A stretch of DNA of 63,254 nt, filler included, from Fonticula-like sp. SCN 57-25 (GCA_001724245.1; 10 parts of 10 records of this genome joined end to end with filler, not necessarily neighbours in it); one strand, 5' to 3'. Counted from the first letter of the whole stretch, positions 22,775 through 36,739 are shown. The notes: generated from the sequence alone by a model not told the origin. A program made the numbers and translations.

Positions 22775-23915
22775 ATGTCGTCCCCGAGGCGCAGCCCCAG
22801 CCCGGCGCCCGCCGCCCCCGTCGCCGATCACGCCGATCGCGACGTCGCCGCCCCCGAGTACACCAAGGACCGCTCCCGCTCCCGCTCGCGTTCGCGTTCG
22901 CGCTCGCGCTCGCCGCCGGCCCGCCGCGATGACTATCGCCGCCGTGATGACCGCGATCGCGATCGCGACCGTGACCGCGGTGATCGCCGCCGCATCTTTG
23001 TCGGCCGCCTTCCCCGCGATGCGCGCGAGAGGGACGTCGAGGACCTTTTCAGCCGCTGCGGCCGCATCCGCCGCATCGACGTCAAGGTCCGCATAATCGT
23101 TGAAAACTCATCCTTTTTGCTGACATTTCCTCCAATTTTCTTTTGCTGACATTTCCTCCAATTTTCCTCTGATCTTTTTGTGTCTTTTTCGTCACATTTT
23201 CTTTAATCATTTTGCGTCAAATTTTGCGTTATTTTGTGCCCTTTTGCTATTTTTTTGTGCCCCTTTTCGATCTTTATTTATTTCTTTCCTACTTTGTGTC
23301 TCTTTTTCCATTTAGGCCGGCTATGCCTTCATTGACTTTGATGACGAGCGCGATGCCGAAGACGCGATCCGCCGCCTCGACGGCTCCCGCTTCGAGGAGG
23401 AGCGCATCGTCGTTGAGGCCGTCCGCCCCCGCCGCGACCGCGAACGCGACCGCAACGGCGGCGATGCCAACGTGCGCTGCTTCAACTGCGGCCAGTTTGG
23501 CCACTGGGCGCGCGACTGCCGCGAACCCCCGGGTAACGGACAGCGCTCGCGCCGCTATGAGGACGGCAGGTGCTTTGAGTGCGGCCTGAGTGGACACCGT
23601 GCCCGCGACTGCCCTACGTACGCCATCGGGGGGAAGCGGGGAGAGGGAGCATGAGGAGGATAGGGAGAATCAAGAAAATTGGGCGTCTTGTGTGGGAATG
23701 TAGGGAGGCGACAAACACATATATGGTGATTGAGTGACCTGTGGTCCTTGTATCTATTACTTTCATTGCAGCACTACTTTTGGTCTCTATGGTTTGGCTG
23801 ACAAGTGGCGACTAGGTCGGGCAGGAACCGCGATGGGCCTCGCGGCGGGGACCGCTTCGAGTCGCGCGGCGCCGAGGCGCAGGGCAGCGAGCCGGCGCGC
23901 ACCGAGGACCACTAA
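22775..23915 (+). CDS. SR splicing factor: N-terminal RS/RD region, RRM, two CCHC zinc knuckles (SRSF7/RS2Z-like)
   Basis: RSRSRS, IFVGRLP..RERDVEDLF, GYAFIDF, CFNCGQFGHWARDC, CFECGLSGHRARDC. Introns ~23087-23315 and ~23618-23815. Confidence 0.85.
23115..23166 (+). repeat. Perfect 26-bp tandem duplication containing a branch-point-like GCTGAC
   Basis: TTTTGCTGACATTTCCTCCAATTTTC x2. Confidence 0.9.
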
Positions 23916-24083
23916 AAGGTGTCATTTGATTGACCGAGCTCGACGGACCTTGTCTTTTTGATTGGTCGGCTCGGACGTTTGTTGTCTTTTGGTTGGCGGC
24001 GTTCGGCGCGGTGTTTTTCGTTGGCATTTTTCATCGATATAAACTGGAAGGAGTAAAATGAGAGCGGTTGTACAGGGTGGTCT

Positions 24084-24104
24084 CGAGAGAGAGAGAGAGA
24101 GAGA
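24084..24104 (+). repeat. (GA)n microsatellite
   Basis: gagagagagagagagagag. Confidence 0.9.
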
Positions 24105-24748
24105 AGACGAGAAAAGGAGGCGAAAGGGAGAGGGGCGGGAGAGAAGCGAAGAGGGCCGCGCAGCAGCGACAAAAGGGCCGAGCAAGTTGTACTTTATGGC
24201 GTTACAGCCGTTGCTGTGCCAAGTGTGTTTTGTGTATGTATCATAGCATCGGCCTTGTCACCATTGACAGAATGAATGCCGCGCAATTTGAACTATGCCG
24301 CAAAGGGTCACAAAACGATACAGTACGTTGCCGTAATCAGGAAGCTTTTTTGAGCATGATTAGTTTAGGGACGAAAAGTTTTTTGCTTTTACAGAATCCC
24401 TCTTGAAATACGACATCATAATCAAATCGCGTTTTTGACAAGGTGTTTAGTCTTTAAGGCTGCTGTTCGGTTGCAGAAGTTCTTTTTTGCACCCATTCCA
24501 ACCGAGTAGCACAAAACCACCACCCCACACAATCTCCGGGGGCCCCCACCCCACACAGTTCCGCTTTGATCGAACAAAACGCCGATCCCACAACAAGCGT
24601 CCACGTGGATGGCTCTCGAACTCTTACCTGATTGGCTCGCTAAAATAGCGGGCTGCGGCTGGGCGGCCTGGGCGGTGCGTTCCATTCGGTTGCCGCCCTG
24701 TTTGTCCTTGACCCGCCCCCTCCCGACGACGCTCAGATCGCCGCAGGC

Positions 24749-26714
24749 ATGGACTTTGACGAGGTGCCGCAGGCCGTGGCGCCTTTTTTCGCTTACCAGC
24801 ACGTTCCTTCGCTCTCCGTTAGCTCGGTGGAAACCGAGGTAGAATGTGCGTGCATTGACCCGAAACCGGGTGGCTTGGCCCCATCCCGCCGCGTCAGCAT
24901 GTCGCTTACGAATCGATCTTGTTTGCAGCGCCGTCGCCCGACTCGCTCGCGGGGATCGTGACGGAGGATGAGCTCGCCGAGATCTCGGCGGCGACGCCCG
25001 TGCGGCGTGATGGCCTCCCGCGGCTGTCGTTTGTGCAGCAGAAGCGCCGCGAGGAGGAGCGCAAGATGGTCCGCAATCGGAGTCTTAGCGAGGCGGCCGC
25101 GCACTCTATAAAGTCGGCGCTCACGACGCTAGAGGAGGACGCTGCATCGGCGGCGACCGGCAGCACCGGCAGGGAAGGCACCGGCACGCCCATGTCACCG
25201 GTTCCGCGTCATCTCGAGTCGCTGACGATCGCACCCCGCAAGCCGCGCCGCCGCTCGCTCAACTCGATCTCCAAGGACCGCTCCGACGCGCTGGCGCTCA
25301 TCGAGCTGCACAAGACGCAGTCGCTCCCGTCCGACATCAAGCTCGGAACTTCAAAGGTCGAGCAGGGCGTGGACGCTGTTCTTGAGGGGCAGCCCGAATC
25401 GCTCACCAAGCTGCTTGCCATCGACCTCAACGTGGAGGGCGACTATGCGCTGCAGTTCCTCGCGTCGTTCCGCCTTTTCACGACCCCCGAGGCCGTCTTC
25501 ACGTCGCTCGTCGCCACTTTTGCGGACGCGCTGCGGCCATCCAACCCCAAGGACGAAGTCATTGACGATTTCAACGACGGCCGCCGCAACCGCGTGATCC
25601 AGGTGATCCGCATGTGGATCGACCACTTTTTCTTTGACTTTCGCTCCAAGCCCGACCTGCTCGCCAAGCTCGGCGCCTTCCTCGCCTCCGAGAGCGTCCA
25701 GGGCGACAACGAGAACGGCCGCGTACGCACTTTTATCGTTTTCCCGCCAAATTCTCACCCAATCACAGGCGATCGAGCTGACGCAGGACGCGCTCACCGC
25801 CGCGCTCGAGCGCAAGCACCCCGCGCTCTATGATTACGTGTACGACCCGTCGGTGCCCACGCTGGTCGGGGCGGACGACGCGGCGGCGGTGGCCTCGATG
25901 GACTTTATGAGCATGTCGTCGGTCGAGCTCACGCAGCAGCTGTGCATCATAGAGATGGAGATGTTTCAGGCTCTGTCAATCGATGGACTCGTCAATCAGG
26001 TGCGTTGATTGTGGCAATATTGTTTTTTATTATCATATTTTGTGTCTCTTTTACTTACCATTTTCCTCTTTTGCCCTTTAGCGTTGGGTGAAGCGCAACA
26101 GCGACTCTGCCCCCAGCGTGTTTGCGCACAGCATCTCCTTCTTCAACCGCATTGCCTTTTGGGTCGCCACGCAGGTCGTGACGGCCCCCCGCAACAAGCA
26201 GCGCGCCGCCCTCATCGAGCGCTTCATCAGCATGGGCCGCCTCTGCAAGGAGTGGAACAACTTTAGCACGCTTTTCCAGATCTTTTCGGGCCTCAACATG
26301 GCGCCCGTCCAGCGCCTCGAGCGCGCCTGGGCAAAGGTCAGCCAAAAGCACAAGTCTGTTTTCAACATGCTGAGCCGCTACGCGAGCGGCGAGCGCAACT
26401 TTAGCGTCTACCGCGAGGCGCTCGCCCAGACGCAGCCGCCGCTCGTCCCGTACGTCGGCATCTTTTGCAAGGACATTTCCGCCTGCGTCGACGGAATGTC
26501 GTACAGGACGTCCAATGGCGCCGTGCAGTTTTCGCGGCTTATGCCGTACGCGCACGCGATTGAGAACGCGGTGCGGCTGCAGAGGGTGTCGTACGGGTTC
26601 AAGCCCAACGAGCGCATCATGATGTGGATCGCCACGAGGCTCGAGGTGTTTGACGAGGTGCAGCTGTATGACCACGTGAAAAAGGTGCTCTCGGGCGTCA
26701 AGACGACCGAGTAG
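24749..26714 (+). CDS. RasGEF (REM + CDC25 domains)
   Basis: FLASFRLFTTP..RVIQVIRMWIDHFFFDF (REM); ELTQQL, FNRIAFWVATQV, NNFSTLFQI, RLERAW, PLVPYVG (CDC25). Confidence 0.92.
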
Positions 26715-27333
26715 GCATCAGTTGATGCGTGTGTATTCGTGTATAATTAGGATGCGGCATTTGTAGGCAGTAATGCACAAGTGGCGGCCTCGGAGGGGGA
26801 CGAGTATATATATAATTGTATCGACAACACGTTTTATAAGTGTCAATATATAAGAGTTTTAGGCTCATTTGGCGCTGTGCACTGTTTTCAGAGTCCAATT
26901 TTTACGCATTTCGGCCTTTTTATGGTGTTTTTACGGCCAGTCTTCAGTTTGTTATCAAGGCTGGTCAACATCCTGTGATCATGATTACGTCATCCATAGC
27001 TGTCTCAGGGGGCCGCAGATGCGCCTTGGCCGATCGGCGTTCTGGGCAGTGCTGCGCGGCCGCTTTCGTTGAGTAAAGGGTACGCTTTATATCAGCTATA
27101 TGCCACGAGGCTTGCGGCTGAATATGCTTGCTTGTAGGGAGCGCGCCACTTGAGATTCGGGCACCGGCATCGTTGTTTGTGCATAGTTGATGCTGCGGAG
27201 GGGTGACGTCGACACTTGCAATCGGCCTGCCGCGCCCGCCCTTTTCCTCCATTGACGCTCTTTTCTATTACATTGAGCCCTTTTCAGAGCGTTTCTCTGC
27301 CTTTTTCGTGTTGCGCGCCCGATTCTCTCGCAG

Positions 27334-28756
27334 ATGCTGTGGCCGATCGCCTTTTGCCTGCGCGCCATCCGGTGGGCACTCTGGCTCGGGGTCCGGCGCG
27401 TGCTCCGCCTCGACGAGTACATATTCACGCTCGTATACGAGCTCGGGACGTTTGTCGGCGCAAAGACGTTCAAGACTGTGAAGGAGTATGCGCGCGTGCC
27501 GTGGATGCTGGGGCACAGCATGCTCGAGATGATTTCGTTCTCTCTCCTCGTCGGGTACCCGGCCTACCGCAGCAGCCAGGTATGACCACATAAAGTAGTT
27601 TCAAGTGTCTCTATTATTTTTCTATTAATATTGTGACTCGTTTCCCGCTTTGCTTTGTCATCCCTTCCACTGATCTTCTATCTACAGCTCCTATATGAAA
27701 CGGACGCCGAGCACATCTTTAAGAACGTCTCCTACGGCCCTCTTCCCCACCAGCAGCTCGACCTCTACCCCGTCCCGCTCTCCTCCCGCACTTCCCCTTC
27801 CCCTTCCCCAGTGCTCCTCTTCATACAGGGCGGCGGGTGGACCATTTGCCGAAAAGACTTTTACCCGTCGCTCGGGCGCGCGCTCAGGCGCAGCGGAATT
27901 ATAACGGTCGTGCCGGACTACACGACGTTCCCGCGCGGCACAATGAGCAATATGGAAGATGACGTAATCATGTGTATTCAGTGGACGTTGGACCACGTGG
28001 CAGAGTATGGTGGTGATCCGCGGCGGGTGTATTTGTGCGGGCAGAGCGCGGGGGCGCACTTGTGCGCGCTGGCGATGACAAGGCACCTCGAGGCGCATAT
28101 GGCAAGCCACGTGGGTGTTCACGTGGATGATCACGTGGATAACGGTCCACGTGGTGACCACTATGACAACCATGACAAGTATCAGCGAGATCATGCCACC
28201 CATGCCACCCATGTGAATCATGTCAATCATGCAAATCGTGTCAATCATGACAATCATGACAATCATATTCCTTCCCCACGTGGCCACCCTTCCCCACGTG
28301 GCCGATTGACCCGCAAGTGTCGCTCGATGCCGTCGCTCGCCGGCCTGGACGCCTCCGCCCGCAGCTCCGCCGCTGCCCTGTGGGACGGCATCCGTCACGT
28401 GATCCTCATCAGCGGCCCCTATGATGTGCCCGCGCTGCACCGCCACTTTGAGCTCCAAGGCAAGGACCGCCTGGCCAACCTCGAAGAGATATTTGAAGGC
28501 CGCGGCAGCTACGAGCACTACTCGCCGCGGCACATTCTGCGGCGGACGATCGCCGCGCATGGCGGGAGCGCTCTGATTGGTGTGTTGCCGCCAGTCACGC
28601 TCATCTATGCGGGGGGTGATAAGACGATCTCGCTCGAGTCGACGCTCGCGTTTGATGCAGAGCTGAGGAGCGTTGATGTGAAGGGGAAGGTCATCATGTA
28701 CGAGCGGCAGTCGCACCTCGAGCCGCTCAGTGCGTGGTCTATAATATATCTGTGGG
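27334..28756 (+). CDS. Isoprenylcysteine methylesterase / carboxylesterase-like alpha/beta hydrolase with His-rich insert, 3' truncated
   Basis: NVSYG..QQLDLY, FIQGGGW, PDYTTFP, GGDPRRVYLCGQSAGAH, ISGPYD. Confidence 0.85.
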
Positions 28757-28856
28757 NNNNNNNNNNNNNNNNNNNNNNNNNNNNNNNNNNNNNNNNNNNN
28801 TTAATTAATTAANNNNNNNNNNNNNNNNNNNNNNNNNNNNNNNNNNNNNNNNNNNN

Positions 28857-29263
28857 GCCCCGCTTGTGCGCGACGTGTCGAGCATGATAGAGGCCACCAT
28901 TCGGCACCAGGTCGCCGACGGCGCCCCCGATACCCCCGCGGACCTGCCCCTTTTCCTCGATTTCGATTTGGAAGTCCTAAGCTGGGCACATTCCGGTACG
29001 TTGCGCCATGTGTTTCCCATCATAGCCCGCGCGTCTCATGTGTGCGGGGCATAGACTATGCGGCGTACTCGCGCAACATCCGCGCCGAGTACATCCACGT
29101 CCCGCTCGAGCAGTACCGCACGGGCCGCGCGGCCGTGCTGCAGGCCTTTCTCTCGCGCCCTTTTCTTTACTTTACCGAGCTCGGCCGCGCGCGCTGGGAG
29201 GCGGCGGCCCGTGTGAACGTGGTTGGGGAGATTGCGTTACTGCGCGGCGGCGCCGGCCAATGA
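28857..29263 (+). CDS. Predicted HD-superfamily metal-dependent phosphohydrolase (COG4339-like), C-terminal part
   Basis: ATIRH..FLDFDLEVL / YAAYSRNIRAEYIHVP..YRTGRAAVLQAFL..EAAARVN; one intron. Confidence 0.75.
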
Positions 29264-30034
29264 TGCGTAACAGAAGCATTTTAGAAACAATTTTTTTTCT
29301 CGCACTCGTTTCGGGAAACATTCCAATAAACCCTAACCCATCCATACTGCACCATGTTTTCCCACCGGCAAGGTGCTCAATCGGCGGCCCATTCTACGCT
29401 CATTGGCGATCGGAAAGGTTGTGCTTGTCGTTGCCACCGAGGGTTAAGAAATGCCAAGTGACTTGTAATCTGTAATTCACTTGGCATCCCGACGAGGTTC
29501 AGATCGCAAGACCGCGCAGGGCCGTTCAGGGCGAACCCTCCAGGTTTTCGCGAAAGAGTTGCGGCGGTGGTCAGATAACGTTCACAAAGAGAATAAATTA
29601 TTGCCGTGAACATGGGATATATCGATGGAGGCAAAAAGCCGAAAGAACGCGAAAAAAGAATGAGGGTTTTGAAAAGGGGGGTGAGAAGTAATTTTCGCGC
29701 GCTTTCAAAGGGAATACCAATTTTTTCTTTCCCCCGCTCGAGGAGGAGAGGAGGGTCGGGTCCGTCGGGTGGACACTTTTTTTTTTTGCCGTCGTTCTCC
29801 CTCTGTGCCGTGTACTTGCTTCTCTTGTGCGAGGGAAGTGGTAAGCGGGCGTAGACGCAGAGGCTAGACTAGGGATTACGGGTCGACAGTAGGATACCCC
29901 GCTCCCGAGATCGACGAATATCGCCGGCTCTTCCTCCTTCCGGCGACTGTATTTTTTCGTCTTACAAAAGTTCTTCGGCCAGCTCCGACACACACACCAC
30001 TGTTCATATATTGCAGTCGTCTCCTCAGGACACC

Positions 30035-31117
30035 ATGTACTCGAGCTCATCGTCGTCGCAGGCGTCGGTCGGTGAAATCGTGAGGTCAAGCGAGGTCCGG
30101 CTCGAATGCCGGGAAGAGCTTCTTCCATCGCCGATCGCGGGGTCTTTTTCAAACCCGAGCGTCATGCGAGCCTCCGTCGTGTCTTCTTCTGCAACCTCCA
30201 CGTCTCCTTACCCGGCGCCGTCCATCCGCCACATCCGCAAGGATGCCAAGGTTGCTCTCATGCCCGATCGGAAGCGCGAGTCCAAGAGCAGGAATTTTAT
30301 GAATGATGCCGACGGCCTGTGGGACCGCGACGCGCTTGCTTCCGAGCGCTCCGCCAGCAATTACCTCAAGCACATGTTTGACGAGCCCGCCGCCCGCGTC
30401 CGGCCCCTCGCAGGATCCGACGTCAAGCTCCGCAATGAGCTGTTTTACCGCATGGAAATGGTGCGCGCCCATCGCCTTTTTTTTTTCTGTGCCGCTTTCT
30501 AACGCACTTTTTTCCCGCAGAACTGCACCCGCTTCTTTCGCCAGTGCCTCCCCACGCTTTTCGCTGCGTACCGGGCGTACGATCTGATGCTCGCCTCCGC
30601 CTACAACATGACGGGCAAGGAAGCTGTCGTGGCCGCCGCCTGCTATGCCGGCGCCCAAAAGATCCACGAGTCCCAGTACGCGAGCATTCAGCAGGTCGCC
30701 ACGGCCTTTCAGGTGGACGCTGTCATGGTTTCGTACGTTTTTTTACTTTTTTTTCTTCCACGTGGCTGACCCATGTGCGCCCGCAGGACCATGGAGAACA
30801 TTGTTGCTCAGTTTGTCCCGCTGGCGGCGCCGACGTCCGCCATGGACGCGCTGTTCGAGCTGCTCTCGCTCTTCCCCGTCGCGCCCGACACGCGGGCCCG
30901 GTTTGTGCGCGAGTGCCGCATTCAGTGCCACAAGGCGGTCTACTCGATGAATGCGATGCGCGCGCGCCCCGTCACTGTTGCGCTGGCGTCCATCTACCTT
31001 TGGTTTCTTATTGAGGGCGAGTCGCAGAGGACGGCGTGGGTCGCCGGCGCGGAAGAGTTTGAGCGCATCATGGGGCGCCCAATCCCGATGCGCGAGGTGA
31101 GGTCTATTTTTGCATGA
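30035..31117 (+). CDS. TFIIB-like cyclin-fold protein lacking a zinc ribbon
   Basis: GKEAVVAAACYAG..SIQQVATAFQV and RARPVTVALASIYL resemble the two TFIIB core repeats. Ser-rich N-terminus; 2 introns. Confidence 0.5.
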
Positions 31118-31458
31118 ACTTATACTTTATGGGATTATATTTGATACGCGGGGGCCGCGTGTTTTGCGTGCCCCCACAATGAGCTTTAGCTTTGGTTGCA
31201 AATTGCGTCTTTTACCTGCTTTCAATGATTTGCCTGTAATTCCGTACCTTGTTTTGTTTGTATCGTCTGCACCAGTTTGTATCGGACGATGACTTATGGC
31301 TATGATTCTCAAGTACCATGCATATACTAATATACTTTAATTCTTGTTACTTTACAAACGACAACAGCAGCAGCAAAACTTGACAACAGGAAAAAGGAAA
31401 TACCAGGACAGCTGGCTGGCAACTATATACAGAAAGAAAACCTTGTGGCATCAATTGG

Positions 31459-32316
31459 CTAGACCCGAACTTTTTCGCGCGCAGAGCGGACCGCCTCGGC
31501 GCTCATATACTGCTTGTTATCCACTAGAAATTGCGACACTGCCGGGGCGTCCGCGAGGGCGAGTTCCCTGAGCAGCCACCCGACGCCGAGCTGCGCGAAC
31601 CGCTCGGGGTCCTTGACGGCGCTGCCGCAGATTCCCAGCGCCAGCTCCAGAAAGCCGGCAAAATTACCGTCGCCGTGCTTTGCAATGGGGACCATCGCCA
31701 CGCAGGCGGCGCGGCGCTGCCAGAGCGTCGGCGCGTGCTGCCAGGTGGCGAGGTAGCGCGCGCAGCGCTCGGCGTTGACCGTGTCGGGGGCGACGAGCTT
31801 TGACAGGATCTTGCCGCACAGAGTGTCGCACGTCGACCACTCGGCGACATGGCCCGCGTCAAAGGCGGGACCAAACATGGCGAGCAGCTCGGGATTGCCG
31901 CGAAAGTCGTCCAGCATGTACTGCTGCGCAAAGTAGATGCCAAACATCTTGGATTCGTGGTACGGGTCGGACAAGAGGGCGAGTGTAAAGGCGCCGGGCA
32001 GGCCCGCGTCGCGCGAACTGTGCAGAATCTCTGCGCACTCGGCGTGTAGCGACCGGTAAAGCGCCGTCACCTGCGGCATGTACAGGCCGTGGAACTTGAC
32101 GGCGCCCTTGAGGTACTTGAACTGCCCGGCGGCCACCTTTTCGTTCTCGGCACTGATCAGCGCGGCTTTTACGAGGCCCACGGCATGGGCTACCGGCGAG
32201 TCGTGCTCTATCCTCGCGCGCTTGAGACGCTTATAAGGGCTTGTCTCGCACGCAGTGGCATCCACCGCGCCGCTCGCCGCGCCCGATCGCGCCACGGCCG
32301 CGCTACGCCGGATCAT
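31459..32316 (-). CDS. AlkD-family (HEAT-like repeat) DNA alkylation repair glycosylase
   Basis: KYLK..FHGL, EWSTCDTLC, WQRRAACV, GVGWLLRE. Intronless, with NLS-like YKRLKRAR. Confidence 0.85.
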   Translation of the reverse strand: MIRRSAAVARSGAASGAVDATACETSPYKRLKRARIEHDSPVAHAVGLVKAALISAENEKVAAGQFKYLKGAVKFHGLYMPQVTALYRSLHAECAEILHSSRDAGLPGAFTLALLSDPYHESKMFGIYFAQQYMLDDFRGNPELLAMFGPAFDAGHVAEWSTCDTLCGKILSKLVAPDTVNAERCARYLATWQHAPTLWQRRAACVAMVPIAKHGDGNFAGFLELALGICGSAVKDPERFAQLGVGWLLRELALADAPAVSQFLVDNKQYMSAEAVRSAREKVRV

Positions 32317-32849
32317 GGTCCCGCCAAATCTCACAACCCTGTCACAGGTCGGTTTTGTTTACGCACAGGTCGGTTTGTGACGTACGCGAAACCGACCCTT
32401 TTGAGCGCGCACATCCCGGGCACAACAACGGACGGCGACACATCCGTTTGCACGTCATCCATCCGCCCCGAGGGAAACGAGCATCCAGGTCCGCCATCCA
32501 CCTTGTCTCTATGCGTGCCGTGTCTTCTCGCGAACTAGTGCAGCATCCGGCTGTGTTTTGTCTCTATATGTCTGAACGAGAACATGCCCCCGATGCGAGC
32601 CGATGATCGAACATTGCGATGGAGTGGCAGGGGCTGACATGACAATGCTATGCGTCGTTTTTGTTGTCTCGCTCGCGCTCGTGGACGGGAGGCCGCGGTT
32701 CGGGTGGGTGAAACGCATGTGGAGAGCAGGCTAGTTTGCGTCGTATTTCCTGTGTTTTCCCTCTATCCTTTCCTTCCTATACTTGCCGGAATTCGACCGT
32801 TGGTCTGGCGCCCGCCAAAACAAGTGTGCTGACGAGTATTTTTGCAGCC

Positions 32850-34406
32850 ATGGCCGATATCGATGACACTGTTGAGTATGATGAGGAGCAGGAGACCGTC
32901 GCCCCCGCCGCCGCGGACGCCACCGTCAAGAAGGGCTCGTACGTTTCGGTGCACGCCATCGGCTTCAAGGACTTTATGCTTCACGAGCCGCTGATGAAGG
33001 CGCTTACCGATGCCGCCTTTGAGCATCCCTCTGAGGGTCCGTTCCTCCGTCGCGCGCGGGACGTTGTTTGTTGACATTGCTTGCTGCCTTGCGGCCGTAT
33101 TTTTCGCCTTTTTCAGTCCAGCAGCAGGCCATCCCCCAGGCGATTCTCGGCCTCGACGTCCTTTGCCAGGCCAAGTCTGGTATGGGCAAGACCGCCGTCT
33201 TTGTGCTCTCGACCCTCCAGCAGCTCGGCGAGGAGGAGACGAAGAACAAGGACGACGTGCTCTGCCTCGTCATGACGCACACGCGCGAGCTCGCCTACCA
33301 GATCGAGAAGGAGTACAAGCGCTTTAGCAAGTACATGCCGCACATCCGCCCCGCCGTCTTCTACGGTGGCCAGCCGATCACCGAGAACCGCGCGCTCCTC
33401 AAGAAGGACAAGCCGAACGTTGTCGTCGGCACGCCCGGCCGCGTCCTCGCCCTCGTCCGCGACAAGGACCTCAAGCTCAACAACCTCCGCATCTTTGTCC
33501 TCGACGAGTGCGATCGCATGCTCGAGGCCCCCGGTTCGTTCCTTTTTTGGCGCCTTTTCCCTTGCTGACGCGAAAAAAAAAAGATATGCGCCGCGATGTG
33601 CAGGAGATCCTCGTGAACACTCCCCAGTCCAAGCAGGTGCTCATGTTCACTGCCACGCTCCCCGCCGAGATCCGCACCGTCTGCAAGAAGTTCATGCACA
33701 ATGTACGCTGTTTCTTTTTTAGTATGCTTTAAAGGCTGACATTTTGTGTTAGCCCCTCGAGATCCTCGTCGATAACGAGACCAAGCTGACCCTCCACGGT
33801 CTGCAGCAGTACTACGTCTCGCTGTCGGAGGAGCAGAAGCTCCGCCGCCTCCTCGAGGTGCTCGACAGCCTCGAGTTCAACCAGGTCGTCATCTTTGTCA
33901 AGAGCGCCGCCCGCGCCGAGAACCTCGCCAAGTTCCTCCAGACCGAGAACTTTCCCGCCGTCTTTATCCACGCGCGTCTTTCTCAGGATGAGCGGTGCGT
34001 TGAAAAAACTTGTCATGCTTGATATGGTTGCTGACAAGTGCCTTTAGTATTCTGCGGTACACCAACTTTAAGGCGTTCAAGGACCGCATCATGATTGCCA
34101 CTGACCTCTTTGGCCGCGGTATCGACATTGCCCACGTCAACATCGTCATCAATTTCGACGTGCCCGAGAGCCCCGACAGCTACCTCCACCGCGTACGCTC
34201 TTCTTGCTGCTGTTCTTTGTGCGTGTGCTCACTACTTTCTGTAGGTCGGTCGTGCCGGTCGTTTCGGTACCAAGGGTCTTGCCGTCACCTTTGTGCAGCA
34301 GACCGCCGAGGACGTCGAGATGATTGAAAAGATCCAGAAGCGCTTTGAGGTGGAGATTAAGGAGCTCCCCGCCACCATCGACAAGTCGACCTACATGATG
34401 TCGTAA
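32850..34406 (+). CDS. DDX39B: DECD-box RNA helicase UAP56/Sub2
   Basis: [57 protein letters not shown]; 5 introns. Confidence 0.96.
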
Positions 34407-34623
34407 GCCGCGACTCGATGCGACTGGTTATTTGAGCCTCTTTTCCCCTCTTTTGCTTGCTGTTCTCATTGTACTTGCTTTTAATTGTGTCGCCGGACAA
34501 CAAATAAAAAATTGGTCCGATAANNNNNNNNNNNNNNNNNNNNNNNNNNNNNNNNNNNNNNNNNNNNTTAATTAATTAANNNNNNNNNNNNNNNNNNNNN
34601 NNNNNNNNNNNNNNNNNNNNNNN

Positions 34624-34769
34624 GGGCCCGACGCCTGGCGCTCCCGCTTAAACTCTTGCTGCTGACGGAATAGCTCTGCTTTCAGGTCGACGACCGACGA
34701 CGTGCTCACCTGGATCTCCTTGCCCATGCCGAGCCGGCTGCGGATGCTCGTCAGCGGCACCGCCGACAT
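34624..34769 (-). CDS. CCDC174: CCDC174-like protein, N-terminal fragment
   Basis: VSTSSVVDLKAELFRQQQEFK matches the CCDC174 N-terminal motif. Confidence 0.75.
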
Positions 34770-34853
34770 GGTTAGGTCAGCACCGGCGGGTTCACGCGCT
34801 GCCCCTCGAGTGAATTACTGTGATTTTGAACAGGGAAATCGTAGAGTAGATAG

Positions 34854-36531
<1,678 letters not shown>

Positions 36532-36739
36532 TTATGCCGTTTTCTTTGTCCTTTTATTCATTTCGCTCCTCAACAGATCAATAAATACACAAACAGAGCA
36601 AAAGCCGCGCAAAAGCACCGCATATTGGCGTTGCAAGCGCCCTCGATCATTTTGGCCATTGCCTATTGGATGAGAATCCCACAATTTTGCAGCGAAAAAT
36701 CTGAATGACGTCGCCGCGCCAGATTGCAGTTTTCACGCC

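Noticed and set aside
29350-29590. RNase P/MRP RNA
   Set aside because: CR-I-like words are present but no matching CR-V to form the P4 helix on either strand.
33535-33583. UAP56 intron ending in an A-run rather than a pyrimidine tract
   Set aside because: Still GT-AG with a GCTGAC branch point and upstream pyrimidines, consistent with fungal-style short introns; homopolymer length may be a sequencing artefact.
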